This document shows, piece after piece, positions 1 through 11,866 of a stretch of 64,000 nucleotides of DNA. How positions within the stretch are numbered: position 1 is the first letter of the stretch; each line of letters begins with the position of its first letter. The position numbers and the translations under genes were made by a program. The notes below the pieces were generated by a model. The model had not been told where the DNA came from and searched no databases. It worked only from the letters and a program-made list of their open reading frames with translations. The stretch is taken from assembly GCA_965240325.2 (NCBI GenBank), contig OZ251247.1, forward strand, positions 992,001-1,056,000. Direction: 5' to 3'. This DNA is from Rebecca billardiae RCC1528 (Eukaryota; Protista; Haptophyta).

Positions 1-3000
1 CAGTGTCGAGGCAGGAGCGCTGCGGCAGCGAGCGCGCCGGCGGGGCGGCCGCAGGCCGTTGTTGAGCTGCGCGAGCGCGCGCTCGCCCTGCTGCGGGCGA
101 GCGGCAGCGAGCGGCGGTGCGAATGGAGCGTGCGGCGAGCACGGCCACGCCGAGTGCGAGCGGCACCGCCACCGCGCGCCGAGGAGGCAGCAGCGGGCGG
201 CGAGCTGTCGAGGCCGGAGCGCGGCGGCGGCGAGCGCGGCGGCGGCGCTGCAGCAGGCTGTGTCGAGCTGCGCGAGCGTGCGCTCACCCTGCTGCGGGCG
301 AGCGGCAGCAAAAGCGAGCGGCGGCGCGAATGGAGCGTGCGGCGAGCACGGCCACGCCGAGTGCACGCGGCACCACCACCGCGTGCTGTGGCGGCAGCAG
401 GCGCAGCGGGCAGCGAGCCGTCGAAACAGGAGCGCGGCAGCAGCGAGCGCGGCGGCAGTGTGGCAGCAGGCTGTTGTTGGGCTGCGCGAGTGCGCGCTCG
501 CCCTGCTGCGGGCGAGCGGCAGCGAGCGGCGGCGCGAATGGAGTGTGCGGCGAGCACGGCCACGCCGAGTGCAAGCGGCACCACCACCGCGTGCTGTGGC
601 GGCAGCAGGCGCAGCGGGCAGCGAGCCGTCGAGGCAGGAGCGCGGCAGCAGCGAGCGCGGCGGCAGTGTGGCAGCAGGCTGTGTCGAGCTGCGCGAGCGT
701 GCGCTCACCCTGCTGCGGCCGAGCGGCAGCAAAAGCGAGCGGCGGCGCGAATGGAGCGTGCGGCGAGCACGGCCACGCCGAGTGCAAGCGGCACCACCAC
801 CGCGTGCTGTGGCGGCAGCAGGCGCAGCGGGCAGCGAGCCGTCGAGGCAGGAGCGCGGCAGCAGCGAGCGCGGCGGCAGTGTGGCAGCAGGCTGTTGTTG
901 GGCTGCGCGAGTGCGCGCTCGCCCTGCTGCGGGCGAGCGGCAGCGAGCGGCGGCGCGAATGGAGCGTGCGGCGAGCACGGCCACGCCGAGTGCAAGCGGC
1001 ACCACCACCGCGTGCTGTGGCGGCAGCAGGCGCAGCGGGCAGCGAGCCGTCGAGGCAGGAGCGCGGCAGCAGCGAGCGCGGCGGCAGTGTGGCAGCAGGC
1101 TGTTGTTGGGCTGCGCGAGTGCGCGCTCGCCCTGCTGCGGGCGAGCGGCAGCGAGCGGCGGCGCGAATGGAGCGTGCGGCGAGCACGGCCACGCCGAGTG
1201 CAAGCGGCACCACCACCGCGTGCTGTGGCGGCAGCAGGCGCAGCGGGCAGCGAGCCGTCGAGGCAGGAGCGCGGCAGCAGCGAGCGCGGCGGCAGTGTGG
1301 CAGCAGGCTGTGTCGAGCTGCGCGAGCGTGCGCTCACCCTGCTGAGGCCGAGCGGCAGCAAAAGCGAGCGGCGGCGCGAATGGAGCGTGCGGCGAGCACG
1401 GCCACGCCGAGTGCAAGCGGCACCACCACCGCGTGCTGTGGCGGCAGCAGGCGCAGCGGGCAGCGAGCCGTCGAGGCAGGAGCGCTGCAGCAGCGAGCGC
1501 GGCGGCAGTGTGGCAGCAGGCTGTTGTTGGGCTGCGCGAGTGCGCGCTCGCCCTGCTGCTGGCGAGCGGCAGCGAGCGGCGGGGCGAATGGAGCGTGCGG
1601 CGAGCACGGCCACGCCGAGTGCAAGCGGCACCACCACCGCGTGCTGTGGCGGCAGCAGGCGCAGCGGGCAGCGAGCCGTCGAGGCAGGAGCGCGGCAGCA
1701 GCGAGCGCGGCGGCAGTGTGGCAGCAGGCTGTTGTTGGGCTGCGCGAGTGCGCGCTCGCCCTGCTGCGGGCGAGCGGCAGCGAGCGGCGGGGCGAATGGA
1801 GCGTGCGGCGAGCACGGCCACGCCGAGTGCAAGCGGCACCACCACCGCGTGCTGTGGCGGCAGCAGGCGCAGCGGGCAGCGAGCCGTCGAGGCAGGAGCG
1901 CGGCAGCAGCGAGCGCGGCGGCAGTGTGGCAGCAGGCTGTTGTTGGGCTGCGCGAGTGCGCGCTCGCCCTGCTGCGGGCGAGCGGCAGCAAAAGCGAGCG
2001 GCGGCGCGAATGGAGCGTGCGGCGAGCACGGCCACGCCGAGTGCACGCGGCACCACCACCGCGTGCTGTGGCGGCAGCAGGCGCAGCGGGCAGCGAGCCG
2101 TCGAGGCAGGAGCGCGGCAGCAGCGAGCGCGGCGGCAGTGTGGCAGCAGGCTGTTGTTGGGCTGCGCGAGTGCGCGCTCGCCCTGCTGCGGGCGAGCGGC
2201 AGCAAAAGCGAGCGGCGGCGCGAATGGAGCGTGCGGCGAGCACGGCCACGCCGAGTGCAAGCGGCACCACCACCGCGTGCTGTGGCGGCAGCAGGCGCAG
2301 CGGGCAGCGAGCCGTCGAGGCAGGAGCGCGGCAGCAGCGAGCGCGGCGGCAGTGTGGCAGCAGGCTGTTGTTGGGCTGCGCGAGTGCGCGCTCGCCCTGC
2401 TGCGGGCGAGCGGCAGCAAAAGCGAGCGGCGGCGCGAATGGAGCGTGCGGCGAGCACGGCCACGCCGAGTGCAAGCGGCACCACCACCGCGTGCTGTGGC
2501 GGCAGCAGGCGCAGCGGGCAGCGAGCCGTCGAGGCAGGAGCGCGGCAGCAGCGAGCGCGGCGGCAGTGTGGCAGCAGGCTGTTGTTGGGCTGCGCGAGTG
2601 CGCGCTCGCCCTGCTGCGGGCGGGCGGCAGCGAGCGACGGCGCGAATGGAGCGGGCGGCGAGCACGGCCACGCCGAGTGCAAGCGGCACCACCACGGCGC
2701 GCCGTGGCGGCGGCAGCAGCGACGACGAGCACGAGCAAACAAGCACCACCACCATCGCGCGCCTGTTGCGTTGTGCGGGCGCGCGCTCGCCCTGCTGCGG
2801 GCGAGCGGCAGCGAGCGGTGGCGCGAATGGAGCGTGTGGCGAGCACGGCCACGCCGAGTGCAAGCGGCACCACCACCACGCGCCGTGGCGGGCCGAGTGC
2901 AAGCGGCACCACCACCGCGCGCCGTGGCGGCGGCAGCAGCGACGACGAGCACGAGCAAACAAGCACCACCACCACCGCGCGCCTGTTGCGTTGTGCGAGC

Positions 3001-3300
3001 GCGCACTCGCCCTGCTGCGGGCGAGCGGCAGCGAGCGGCGGCGCGAATGGAGTGCGCGGCGAGCACGGCCACGCCGAGTGCAAGCGGCACCACCACCGCG
3101 CGCCGTGGCGGCGGCAGCAGCGACGACGAGCACGAGCAAACAAGCACCACCACCATCGCGCGCCTGTTGCGTTGTGTGGGCGCGCGCTCGCCCCGCTGCG
3201 GGCGAGCGGCAGCGAGCGGTGGCGCGAATGGAGTGTGCGGCGAGCACGGCCACGCCGAGTGCGAGCGGCACCACCACCGCGCGCCTTGGCGGCAGCAGCG
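1..3300. repeat. GC-rich tandem satellite: ~13 units of 207-214 bp, then a ~181 bp variant unit; runs off the window start
   Basis: Anchor GAATGGAG recurs at 121, 328, 536, 749, 957, 1165, 1378, 1586, 1794, 2008, 2222, 2436, 2644 (spacings 207-214), then at 2825, 3045, 3226. Units are near-identical. Confidence 0.95.
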
Positions 3301-3678
3301 ACGAGCGAGCGAGCACGAGCAAAGAAGCACGCGACGGCGAAGGAGATGGGGCCTCGTTTGCTGATGATGAGGCAAGGGGCCGACTGGCAGTAACTGATGA
3401 GCAGCTTGTGAGCTCGGCGCGAAAGGTCGTAAAGTGCCGATTTGTGTGAGCTCGACTGGTTAGTTGCTTGATGAACTGGAAAGCTGCCACTCGGATGACT
3501 GCAGATGATCTTGGATATGATCTCGAGCGCCGTACCAGCACGAAGCAACTACCTGCAGGATCAGGTAGACGATGGAGGCCCTTGGCCTTGGCTGTCACGA
3601 CACTGCGACGCATCACCTTCCAGCCTCCCGACACATTCGGTTATAACTGCGTTATAACGCCACATATATATATATATA

Positions 3679-3726
<48 letters not shown>

Positions 3727-4254
3727 TCCTGCATGAAGAGCGACGCGACGCCATTGAGTATGGACGAACATCACCCACATTGTCTGCGTGATGTGCATGC
3801 GAGGGCAGGTAACGAGCACAAGCAAAGAACGCAGAGGAGATGGCGGGACCTCGGGCTTTGCAGATGCGCAGGCCGAAGCAGGGGCTGCCGAGAGATGAGC
3901 AGCTCGGCCCGAAAGGTCGTGTAACCGATGATCGAGCGAGCTCTGCTAGGTGGGCTGCTTGATATGAACTTTGGTAAGTTGCCACGCCGACTTAAGATGA
4001 CCTTGTATATGATCTCGAGCGCCGGATAGTGGAGAGGAGCGGGTACTTACAGAGGAGCCAGTGTGGTTGGCCGATATGAAAGGACCAGCGCCCGCCATGA
4101 TGATGATAAAGGATAGCTCCGTGGCCGATGAGCTCCGGAAATCGACTGCAACTACCTGCAGGACCTAGAAGACGATGGCGGCCCTTGTCCACCAGCTGCG
4201 CGTTGCCTTTCCAGCCTCCCGACACACTCGGTTATAACTCCGTTATAACGCCAC
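3300..4254 (+). repeat. Two diverged direct copies (~3300-3663 and ~3811-4254) of a probable mobile-element end, each abutting a (TA)n tract
   Basis: The 46-bp block TTCCAGCCTCCCGACACA(T/C)TCGGTTATAACT(G/C)CGTTATAACGCCAC occurs at 3618-3663 and 4209-4254, each followed by ATATATA. Shared upstream blocks include GAAAGGTCGT, GATCTCGAGCGCCG and CAACTACCTGCAGGA. Confidence 0.75.
3664..3724. repeat. (TA)n(TG)n compound microsatellite
   Basis: Read directly from sequence. Confidence 0.95.
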
Positions 4255-4273
4255 ATATATATATATATATATA

Positions 4274-5818
4274 GGGCGGGGGGGTCGGCGGGCCGTGCCA
4301 GTGCTGTCGCAATGTATCCTTTGCGGTTTCGCGTCTTTCCACATTCGCTCGTGCCCGTGGGTGACGGACAGTCGAGTGCAAGGACCAGTGACACGTGAAG
4401 TTGGCTCCCCGACGTGATGGACACACGTTTCACGGTCTGATCGGTACTGCTCTTAGAGTATTGTATGCGCATCAGCGAGGCCCACACCCACGAGGGAGTG
4501 TGCAGCACGCGGGGCGGGGCGGGTAGCCCGTTGCTCCGCGCGAGCGCGGGTACGCGCCGTATGTGCCGCATGTCGACCGCGATGGCGTAATCGAGCGCCT
4601 CGCCGCCGACGAAGCCGCCAGAGTAGATCATGTGCATGTCCTCCTGCCGCCAGCCGAGAGCGGTCATCGCGAGGATGCTTGTCGATGTCGGCTCCAGGCA
4701 TGATGGGCTCGGCGCAGGTCGCGTTGACGTCGTGCACGGCCACCACGCTGAGCACGAGCGCGTTGACGTTCACGCGGTCGTCGCTCTGCGCATCTTCGAC
4801 AGGTCTGGCGCTCGCGTGCTCGGCGGCACGAGGAGCTGTTGGTTGTGCGCGCGCGCGCGCACAGCGACAGCGTGTGCCACTCGCGATCGAGAGTGGGCAA
4901 GCGCTGCTCACGCGAGCACACGAATCGCAGCGCATCCGTCACCGGCGTGACGACTTCCGCCTCGTCCCGCAGCGCCTGCGCCATGGACGACGCCATGGCG
5001 CGGCGATGTTGCATGCTCGACGTTTCATCTCTCTGCGAATGGCATCACGGGCTTGTCTGTGTCGCGCTGCGGCGAGGGTCGCCAACTCGCGATGACGCGG
5101 TTGCTGCCACGGCGACAGACCCGGGAGGTGCGTCCGCTGCGCGTCGTACGCCGTTGGCGCTGCGCTTCCGTCGCATTGGTCACCGTCGACGCCATGCAGG
5201 CCGGACGTGGGCTTCGGCTGAGGGACCGGACCGCGAGCAATGACTGAGTCCGGTGCGCGGATTCCGGCGATCGAGTTCAGAAGGCCGCGCCAAATCTTGC
5301 GTCGCGTGCGATGGCGCTTCCCGCCCGCGAGACGCCTCGTGATGAGGGCTTTCTCGCACCGAGCCCGACGCGCGACGGTGGATCGCGCGAGGCGGTCATC
5401 GTGCGCAGCGCATGATGCTATGGCCGGTGCGAGCTTTCGACGTGCACGTCGGGCGAGGATCGCCCCAGGTCTCACGATCGTGTCGACGCGCCGAGCGTAC
5501 CGCTCAAAACGCGTCGATTTAGCCCCCGTTCGACCTGCACGCGAGACGACGAGGGCAGCAATCGCGAATCGGGCGAAAACACGTCTCGGGAATCCCCGCG
5601 CGATGTCCGCGCCGGCGTTGGATTCGGCGCGCGCGGCCCACGCGCTCCGCGCCAGGCGCCATATGGTTTTCGGCCGAGCGTCCCCAGTGGGAGCTGCGAG
5701 GGCGCCCGGTAGTGAGCGAGGCGATTTTCTTTTCTCTGCGTGGCGATTTTCTTTTTTATTTTTCTTTTTCTTATCTTTTTCCGCCCGGGCACTACAAGGG
5801 GCGGACCTACGGCCCGCC
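4274..5818. mobile_element. Putative degenerate DNA transposon between TA tracts
   Basis: GGCGGGCCGT (4287-4296) and its reverse complement ACGGCCCGCC (5809-5818), with (TA)n tracts at both ends of the segment. The interior carries frameshifted coding-like sequence. Confidence 0.35.
4330..5240 (-). pseudogene. Frameshifted coding remnant, weakly Ulp1/SENP (C48) protease-like
   Basis: Protein-like text is spread over three frames (ORFs 4664-5014, 4453-4935, 4152-4667). EDMHMIYSGGFVGGEALDYAI...RVLHTPSWVWASL...QLHVSLVL resembles the Ulp1 pattern D-x-x-x-L-x-x-G-x-W-L-x-D-x-x-I...S-x-F-x-x-x-L...H-W-x-L. Confidence 0.3.
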
Positions 5819-6289
5819 ATATATATTTAACGACGTGGCAGCATCGGACAAGCGTCAGGCTCAGAGTGCAACAGACACATAGAATGCGTCCGCGCCTTCC
5901 GTCCAGGTCAGACAGCCCGCCATATATATATGCTGATATATTAATAATATACGTCGTAGTACTACTCATCAGCAGCAGTAGTATATCATGACGATGATAT
6001 GATGATATATGATCGTCCGACGACTGATGTAATAATATAAATAACAATGACTGCTGCCTACTGATAACCTACTGGTCACTCAGCAGTGCGCTGACACTGG
6101 CGCGCGACACTGTCGTGTCGTGATGATGACGTCCGCTGACTGCTGCTCCACTCGCTCACGTCGTAGTCTGCCAATGGCACGCGCTGTGCAGCGGACAGCA
6201 CCGTGGGGAGCTGTGCGGCCGCTAGTGCTGACTGCTCCAGCACTCACACTGGCACAGTGGTGTGTCAGCAGCGGGCAGCGACCTGCTGC

Positions 6290-7801
6290 TCACCGGAACG
6301 CCGTCCGCAGGGACCCGACCAATGCAGGCGTGGCCACGTGGCTTGGCTCGTCGCCCACAGCCGCGGTGCGGAGGCCGAGGCCGAGCGCGGCTGAGTGCGC
6401 TCCGCACGCGTACACGCTTCCATCCGCCGTCTCAAACAGCGAGTGGCGGTTGCCCATGGCGCAGCGCACCACGCGCGTGCGCGCCATGGCGGATACGCGT
6501 GCAGGAGCCAGCTCGCCTCCATCAGTGCGTCCGGTGCCCAGCATGCCGCCCGATTTGAGCCCGAACGTGTGCACGCTGCCGTCCGCACCCAGCACAGCGC
6601 TGCCCAGGGCGCCAGCGCTGGTGCGCACAGCGCGCACGGCACCGGACAGCGCCTCCACACGCTTGGGCAGGAAGAGCGTGCTGCGATCGCCGTGGCCAAG
6701 GCAGCCACTCCCGCCGTTCCCGAAGGAGTGAACGCCGCCATCCGCGTCCACCACCAGGCTGTGCTCGAAGCCCGCGTTCACGTGCACGGCGCGCACGCCC
6801 GCGAGCGCCTCGATGCGCCTCGGCGTGTGCTGATCCTGCTCGTCGCCGTGGCCGAGCGCGCCGTAGTAGCCAGAGCCACACGAGTAGACGGCACCGCTGG
6901 TCGAGAGAAGCAGCGCGTGCTCGGCCCCTGCCGATACCCCGCCCACGCGCACGCCGTCCAGCGCCTCGATGCGCGTCGGCTCACACCGGTGCTCCGTGTC
7001 GCCGTGGCCGAGCTGGCCGCAGCGGTTGAGGCCCCAGCTGTACGCACAGCCCGCGGCGCTGAGCGCGAGGCTGTGGCAGGCGCCCGCGGCAATGCATACG
7101 ACGTGCTCGTGTGCGAGCGCACGGACGCACCGATACGCCCCCCGCTCAGCGTCGTAATCGTCACCGAGCACGAGATGGCCGTACCTGTTGCCGCCGCAGC
7201 CGTACACCGTCCCAGCATCGCTCAGCGCGAGCAGGTGCTCGTAGCCAGCGGCCACCGCGACCACGCGCACCGCGGAGAGCGAGACCACGCGCATCGGCAC
7301 CACGGGCACGGGCGCACCGGGGCGGCCCAGCGCAGGCGGCGCGACGAACTCACCCGTCTCCCGACCGTCTTCGTCGCGCACCTTCTCCTCGCCGCACGTG
7401 TGCAGCCCGCCCTCCGCGTCCACAAACGCGCTGAAACTGAGACCGCACGCGATCGGGCTCGCGTGCGCGCACGCCAGCAAGTGCACGCGCTGCTCACGTG
7501 CGAACAGCAGCTCGGTCCAGGTGCACATGCCCAGCGGAAGCACGGCCGGGAGCGCGCGCTCGTGGCCGCGCGCGCGTGCACGCTCGCGCAGAGCGCCCTC
7601 GATCGGCGAGCGGCCGGCGGGTGGCGCGCCGCGGAAGAGGCTCGAGGTGGCGTTGGCGGCGGCGAGGTCGTGCACGTCGTCGAGGTGGCTGACGATGCGC
7701 TCCACCAGCTCGACTGGCAGGCGCGCCAGAGGTGATGGCGACGACGAGGCCGTAAGGGCGGGCGGCGGAGCCGCCTCGCGCGCCTGTTGTGTCGTCCGCA
7801 T
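6290..7801 (-). CDS. F-box-like / RCC1-repeat beta-propeller protein, copy 1 (503 aa)
   Basis: N-terminal LARLPVELVERIVSHLDDVHDLAAANATSSLF (F-box-like), then RCC1 repeats (AGxxHsLal...GxVYSWGxNxxGQLGHGD...P.rIEAL). Intact ATG-to-TGA ORF. Confidence 0.92.
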   Translation of the reverse strand: MRTTQQAREAAPPPALTASSSPSPLARLPVELVERIVSHLDDVHDLAAANATSSLFRGAPPAGRSPIEGALRERARARGHERALPAVLPLGMCTWTELLFAREQRVHLLACAHASPIACGLSFSAFVDAEGGLHTCGEEKVRDEDGRETGEFVAPPALGRPGAPVPVVPMRVVSLSAVRVVAVAAGYEHLLALSDAGTVYGCGGNRYGHLVLGDDYDAERGAYRCVRALAHEHVVCIAAGACHSLALSAAGCAYSWGLNRCGQLGHGDTEHRCEPTRIEALDGVRVGGVSAGAEHALLLSTSGAVYSCGSGYYGALGHGDEQDQHTPRRIEALAGVRAVHVNAGFEHSLVVDADGGVHSFGNGGSGCLGHGDRSTLFLPKRVEALSGAVRAVRTSAGALGSAVLGADGSVHTFGLKSGGMLGTGRTDGGELAPARVSAMARTRVVRCAMGNRHSLFETADGSVYACGAHSAALGLGLRTAAVGDEPSHVATPALVGSLRTAFR

Positions 7802-8262
7802 TCCTTCCCGTTCGGCCCTCGACGGGTGCCGCAGTGCGGGCGACGACGGGTGGCCGTTGGCGAGGAATTTTTTGGCGTTATCATTTCTGCTTTTTCTCGA
7901 ATGGCTGCGCCATCAATCCACAATCATCTCCTCCTTACCGAACAGGCAGCCACCGACGCGCGCGGCGCAGAGCTCACTGTGCTCCTGGGAACGAGTGCGG
8001 ACGCAATATAGGAAATGCCAACACACGTGGACATGGAGATATGGAGGGCCGTGCCATATGGAGCGCTTGACGTGGCAGTCGTGCCATTCGCACAGACGAC
8101 ACTGTCGTGTCGTGTGTCGTCTGCTCACGTCTGGCGCTGTCACGTCACTGTCACTGTGGCGCACGCTGTGGGCGGACAGCACTGGGTGGGTGGGGAGCTG
8201 TGCGGCGATCGGACTGCACTCGGGCACTGCGCCGAGGTGTGCAGCGAGCAGCGACCTGCTGC

Positions 8263-9774
8263 TCAGCGGAACGCGGTGCGCAGGGACCCGACCAATGCAG
8301 GCGTGGCCACGTGGCTCCGCTCGTCGTCGCCCACAGCCGTGCGGAGGCCGAGGCCGAGTGCGGCTGAGTGCGCTCCGCACGCATACACGCTTCCATCCAC
8401 CGTCTCAAACAGCGAGTGGCGTTGGCCCATGGCGCAGCGCAGCACGCGCGTGTGCGCCAATGCGGATACGCGTGCAGGAGCCAGCTCGCCTCCATCAGTG
8501 CGTCCGGTGCCCAGCATGCCGCCCGAGTTGAGCCCGAACGCGTGCACGCTGCCGTCCGCGCCCAGCACAGCGCTGCTCGACACGCCAGCGCACGCGCGCA
8601 CCGCACGCACAACACCAGACAGCGCCTCCACACGCTTGGGCAAGTAGAGCCTGCGGCAGTCGCCGTGGCCGAGGCAGCCAGTCCAGCCGCTCCCGAAGGA
8701 GTGCACGCCGCCATCCGCGTCCACCACCAGGCTGTGCGCACCGCCCGCGCTCACGTGCACGGCGCGCACGCCCGCGAGCGCCTCGATGCGCCTCGGCGTG
8801 TGCTGCTCCTGCTCGTCGCCGTGGCCGAGCTGGCCCAGGCCGCCATTGCCACACGAGTAGACCGCCCCGCTGGTCGAGAGCAGCAGAGAGTGCTCGTCCC
8901 CTGCCGACACCCCGCCCACGCGCACGCCGTCCAGCGCCTCGATGCGCGTCGGCTCCCACCGCTGCTCCGTGTCGCCGTGGCCGAGCTGGCCACAGTGGTT
9001 GAGGCCCCAGCTGTACGCGCACCCAGCGGCGGTGAGCGCGAGGCTGTGGCAGGCGCCTGCGGCAATGCATACGACGTGCTCGTGTGCGAGCGCACGGACG
9101 CACCGATACGCCCCCCGCTCAGCGTCGTAATCGTCACCGAGCCCGAGCTGGCCGCACTCGTTGCCGCCGCAGCCGTACACCGTCCCAGCATCGCTCAGCG
9201 CGAGCAGGTGCTCCCAGCCAGCGGCTACTGCGATCACGCGTACTGCGGAGAGCGAGGCCACGCGCATCGGCACCACGAGCACGGGCGCACCGGGGCGGCC
9301 CAGCGCAGGCGGCGCGACGAACTCACCCGTCTCCCGACCGTCTTCGTCGCGCACCTTCTCCTCGCCGCACGTGTGCAGCCCGCCCTCCGCGTCCACAAAC
9401 GCGCTGAAACTGAGACCGCACGCGATCGGGCTCGCGTGCGCGCACGCCAGCAAGTGCACGCGCTGCTCACGCGCGAACAGCAGCTCGGTCCACGTGCACA
9501 CGCCCGGCGGGAGCACGGCCGGGAGCGCGCGCTCGTGGCCGCGCGCGCGTGCACGCTCGCGCAGAGCGCCCTCGATCGGCGAGCGGCCGGCGGGTGGCGC
9601 GCCGCGGAAGAGGCGCGAGGTGGCGTTGGCGGCGGCGAGGTCGTGCACGTCGTCGAGGCGAAAGAGGATGCGGTCCACCAGCTCGACTGGCAGGCGCGCC
9701 AGAGGTGATGACGACGACGAGGTCGTACGGGCGGGCGGCGGAGCCGCCTCGCGCGCCTGTTGTGTCGTCCGCAT
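8263..9774 (-). CDS. F-box-like / RCC1-repeat protein, copy 2 (503 aa from the MRTTQQ ATG; in-frame upstream ATGs exist)
   Basis: Paralog of copy 1, intact ORF; start chosen by homology with the other copies. Confidence 0.92.
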   Translation of the reverse strand: MRTTQQAREAAPPPARTTSSSSSPLARLPVELVDRILFRLDDVHDLAAANATSRLFRGAPPAGRSPIEGALRERARARGHERALPAVLPPGVCTWTELLFAREQRVHLLACAHASPIACGLSFSAFVDAEGGLHTCGEEKVRDEDGRETGEFVAPPALGRPGAPVLVVPMRVASLSAVRVIAVAAGWEHLLALSDAGTVYGCGGNECGQLGLGDDYDAERGAYRCVRALAHEHVVCIAAGACHSLALTAAGCAYSWGLNHCGQLGHGDTEQRWEPTRIEALDGVRVGGVSAGDEHSLLLSTSGAVYSCGNGGLGQLGHGDEQEQHTPRRIEALAGVRAVHVSAGGAHSLVVDADGGVHSFGSGWTGCLGHGDCRRLYLPKRVEALSGVVRAVRACAGVSSSAVLGADGSVHAFGLNSGGMLGTGRTDGGELAPARVSALAHTRVLRCAMGQRHSLFETVDGSVYACGAHSAALGLGLRTAVGDDERSHVATPALVGSLRTAFR

Positions 9775-10246
9775 CCCTCCCATTCGGCCCTCGACGGGTG
9801 CCGCGGTGCCTGCGCGCGACGACGCGGTTGGCCGTTGGCGAGGGATTTTTATTGGCGTTATCATTTCGATCATCTTATTTTTCTTTGTCTGCGCCATCAA
9901 TCCACCACCGCCGGTGCTTTCACCAAACAGGCAGCCACCGACGCGCGCGGCGCAGAGCTCACTGTGGTCCTGGGAACGCGTGCGGACGCAATATGGGAAA
10001 TACTAACGCATATGCGGACATGGCGATATGGAGCAGGGCCGTGCCATATGGAGCGCTTGACGTGGCAGTCGTGCCACTCGCACAGACGACACTGTCGTGT
10101 CGTCGTGTCGTCTGCTCATCACGTCAGACGTCTGGCGCTGTGGCGCACGCAGTGAGCAGACAGCACTGGGTGGGTGGGGAGCTGTGCGGCGATCGGACTG
10201 CACTCGGGCACTGCGCCGAGGTGTGCAGCGGGCAGCGACCTGCTGC

Positions 10247-11761
10247 TCAGCGGAACGCGGTGCGCAGGGACCCGACCAATGCAGGCGTGGCCACGTGGCT
10301 CCGCTCGTCGTCGCCCACAGCCTCAGTGCTGAGGCCGAGGCCGAGCGCGGCTGAGTGCACTCCGCACACGTACACGTCTCCCCCCGCCGTCTCAAACAGC
10401 GAGTGGCGGTGGCCCATGGCGCAGCGCAGCACGCGCGTGTGCGCCAAGGCGGCCACGCACACTGGCACCCGCTGGCACTCCTCCGCGCGTCCGGTGCCCA
10501 GACTGCCGCCCCAGTTGTAGCCGAACGCGTGCACGCTGCCGTCCGTGCCCAGCACAGCGCTGCTCGACACGCCAGCGCACGCGCGCACCGCACGCACAAC
10601 ACCAGACAGCGCCTCCACACGCTTGGGCAAGTAGAGCGTGCTGCCATCGCCATGGCCGAGGCAGCCACTCCAGCCGTCTCCGAAGGAGTGAACGCCACCC
10701 AGCGCATCCACCGCCAGGCTGTGGCGATCGCCCGCGCTCACGTGCACGGCACACACGCCAGCGAGCGCCTCGATGCGCCTCGGCGTGTGCTGATCCTGCT
10801 CGTCGCCGTGGCCGAGCTGGCCCAGGCCGCCATTGCCACACGAGTAGACCGCGCCGCTGGTCGAGAGCAGCAGAGAGTGCTCGGCCCCTGCCGATACCCC
10901 GCCTAAGCGCACGCCGCCCAGCGCCTCGATGCGCGTCGGCTCCCACCGGCCCTCCGTGTCGCCGTGGCCGAGCTGGCCGTAGTTGTTGAGGCCCCAGCTG
11001 TACGCGCACCCAGCGGCGGTGAGCGCGAGGCTGTGGCAGGCGCCTGCGGCAATGCATACGACGTGCTCGTGTGCGAGCGCACGGACGCACCGATACGCCC
11101 CCCGCTCAGCGTCGTAATCGTCACCGAGCACGAGCTGGCCGTACCTGTTGCCGCCGCAGCCGTACACCGTCCCAGCATCGCTCAGCGCGAGCAGGTGCTC
11201 GTAGCCAGCGGCCACCGCGACAACGCGCACTGCAGAGAGCGAGGCAACGCGCGTCGGCACCACGGGCACGAGCGCACCGGAATGGCCCAACGCAGGCGGC
11301 GCGACGAACTCACCCGTCTCCCGACCGTCTTCGTCGTACACCTTCTCCTCGCCGCACGTGTGCAGCCCGCCCTCCGCGTCCACAAACGCGCTGCTGAAAT
11401 TGAGACCGCACGCGATCGGGCTCGCGTGCGCGCACGCCAGCAAGTGCACGCGCTGCTCACGTGCAAACAGCAGCTCGGTCCAGGTGCTCACGCCCGGCGG
11501 GAGCACGGCCGGCAGCGCGCGCTCGTGGCCCCGCGCGCGTGCGCGCTCGCGCAGCGCGTGCTCGACGGGCGAGCGGCCGCCGGGCGCGCCGCGGAAGAGG
11601 CGCGCCGTGGCGTTGGCGGCGGCGAGGTCGTGCACGTCGTCGAGGCGAAAGAGGATGCGGTCCACCAGCTCGACTGGCAGGCGCGCCAGAGGTGATGACG
11701 ACGACGAGGTCGTACGGGCGGGCGGCGGAGCCGCCTCGCGCGCCTGTTGTGTCGTCCGCAT
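10247..11761 (-). CDS. F-box-like / RCC1-repeat protein, copy 3 (504 aa)
   Basis: Paralog, intact ORF. Confidence 0.92.
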   Translation of the reverse strand: MRTTQQAREAAPPPARTTSSSSSPLARLPVELVDRILFRLDDVHDLAAANATARLFRGAPGGRSPVEHALRERARARGHERALPAVLPPGVSTWTELLFAREQRVHLLACAHASPIACGLNFSSAFVDAEGGLHTCGEEKVYDEDGRETGEFVAPPALGHSGALVPVVPTRVASLSAVRVVAVAAGYEHLLALSDAGTVYGCGGNRYGQLVLGDDYDAERGAYRCVRALAHEHVVCIAAGACHSLALTAAGCAYSWGLNNYGQLGHGDTEGRWEPTRIEALGGVRLGGVSAGAEHSLLLSTSGAVYSCGNGGLGQLGHGDEQDQHTPRRIEALAGVCAVHVSAGDRHSLAVDALGGVHSFGDGWSGCLGHGDGSTLYLPKRVEALSGVVRAVRACAGVSSSAVLGTDGSVHAFGYNWGGSLGTGRAEECQRVPVCVAALAHTRVLRCAMGHRHSLFETAGGDVYVCGVHSAALGLGLSTEAVGDDERSHVATPALVGSLRTAFR

Positions 11762-11866
11762 TCCTTCCCGTTCGGCCCTCGACGGGTGCCGCGGTGCCTG
11801 CGCGCGACGACGCGGTTGGCCGTTGGCGAGGGATTTTTATTTTCGCGATCATCTTTTTCTTTGGCT

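Noticed and set aside
1-3300. CRISPR-like array
   Set aside because: No unique spacers, units are ~210 bp, there are no cas genes and the context is eukaryotic.
59-3634. Long ORFs (300-1100 aa) in all six frames
   Set aside because: They result from a nearly stop-free GC-rich satellite. Most unit lengths are not multiples of 3, so the same peptides rotate through frames.
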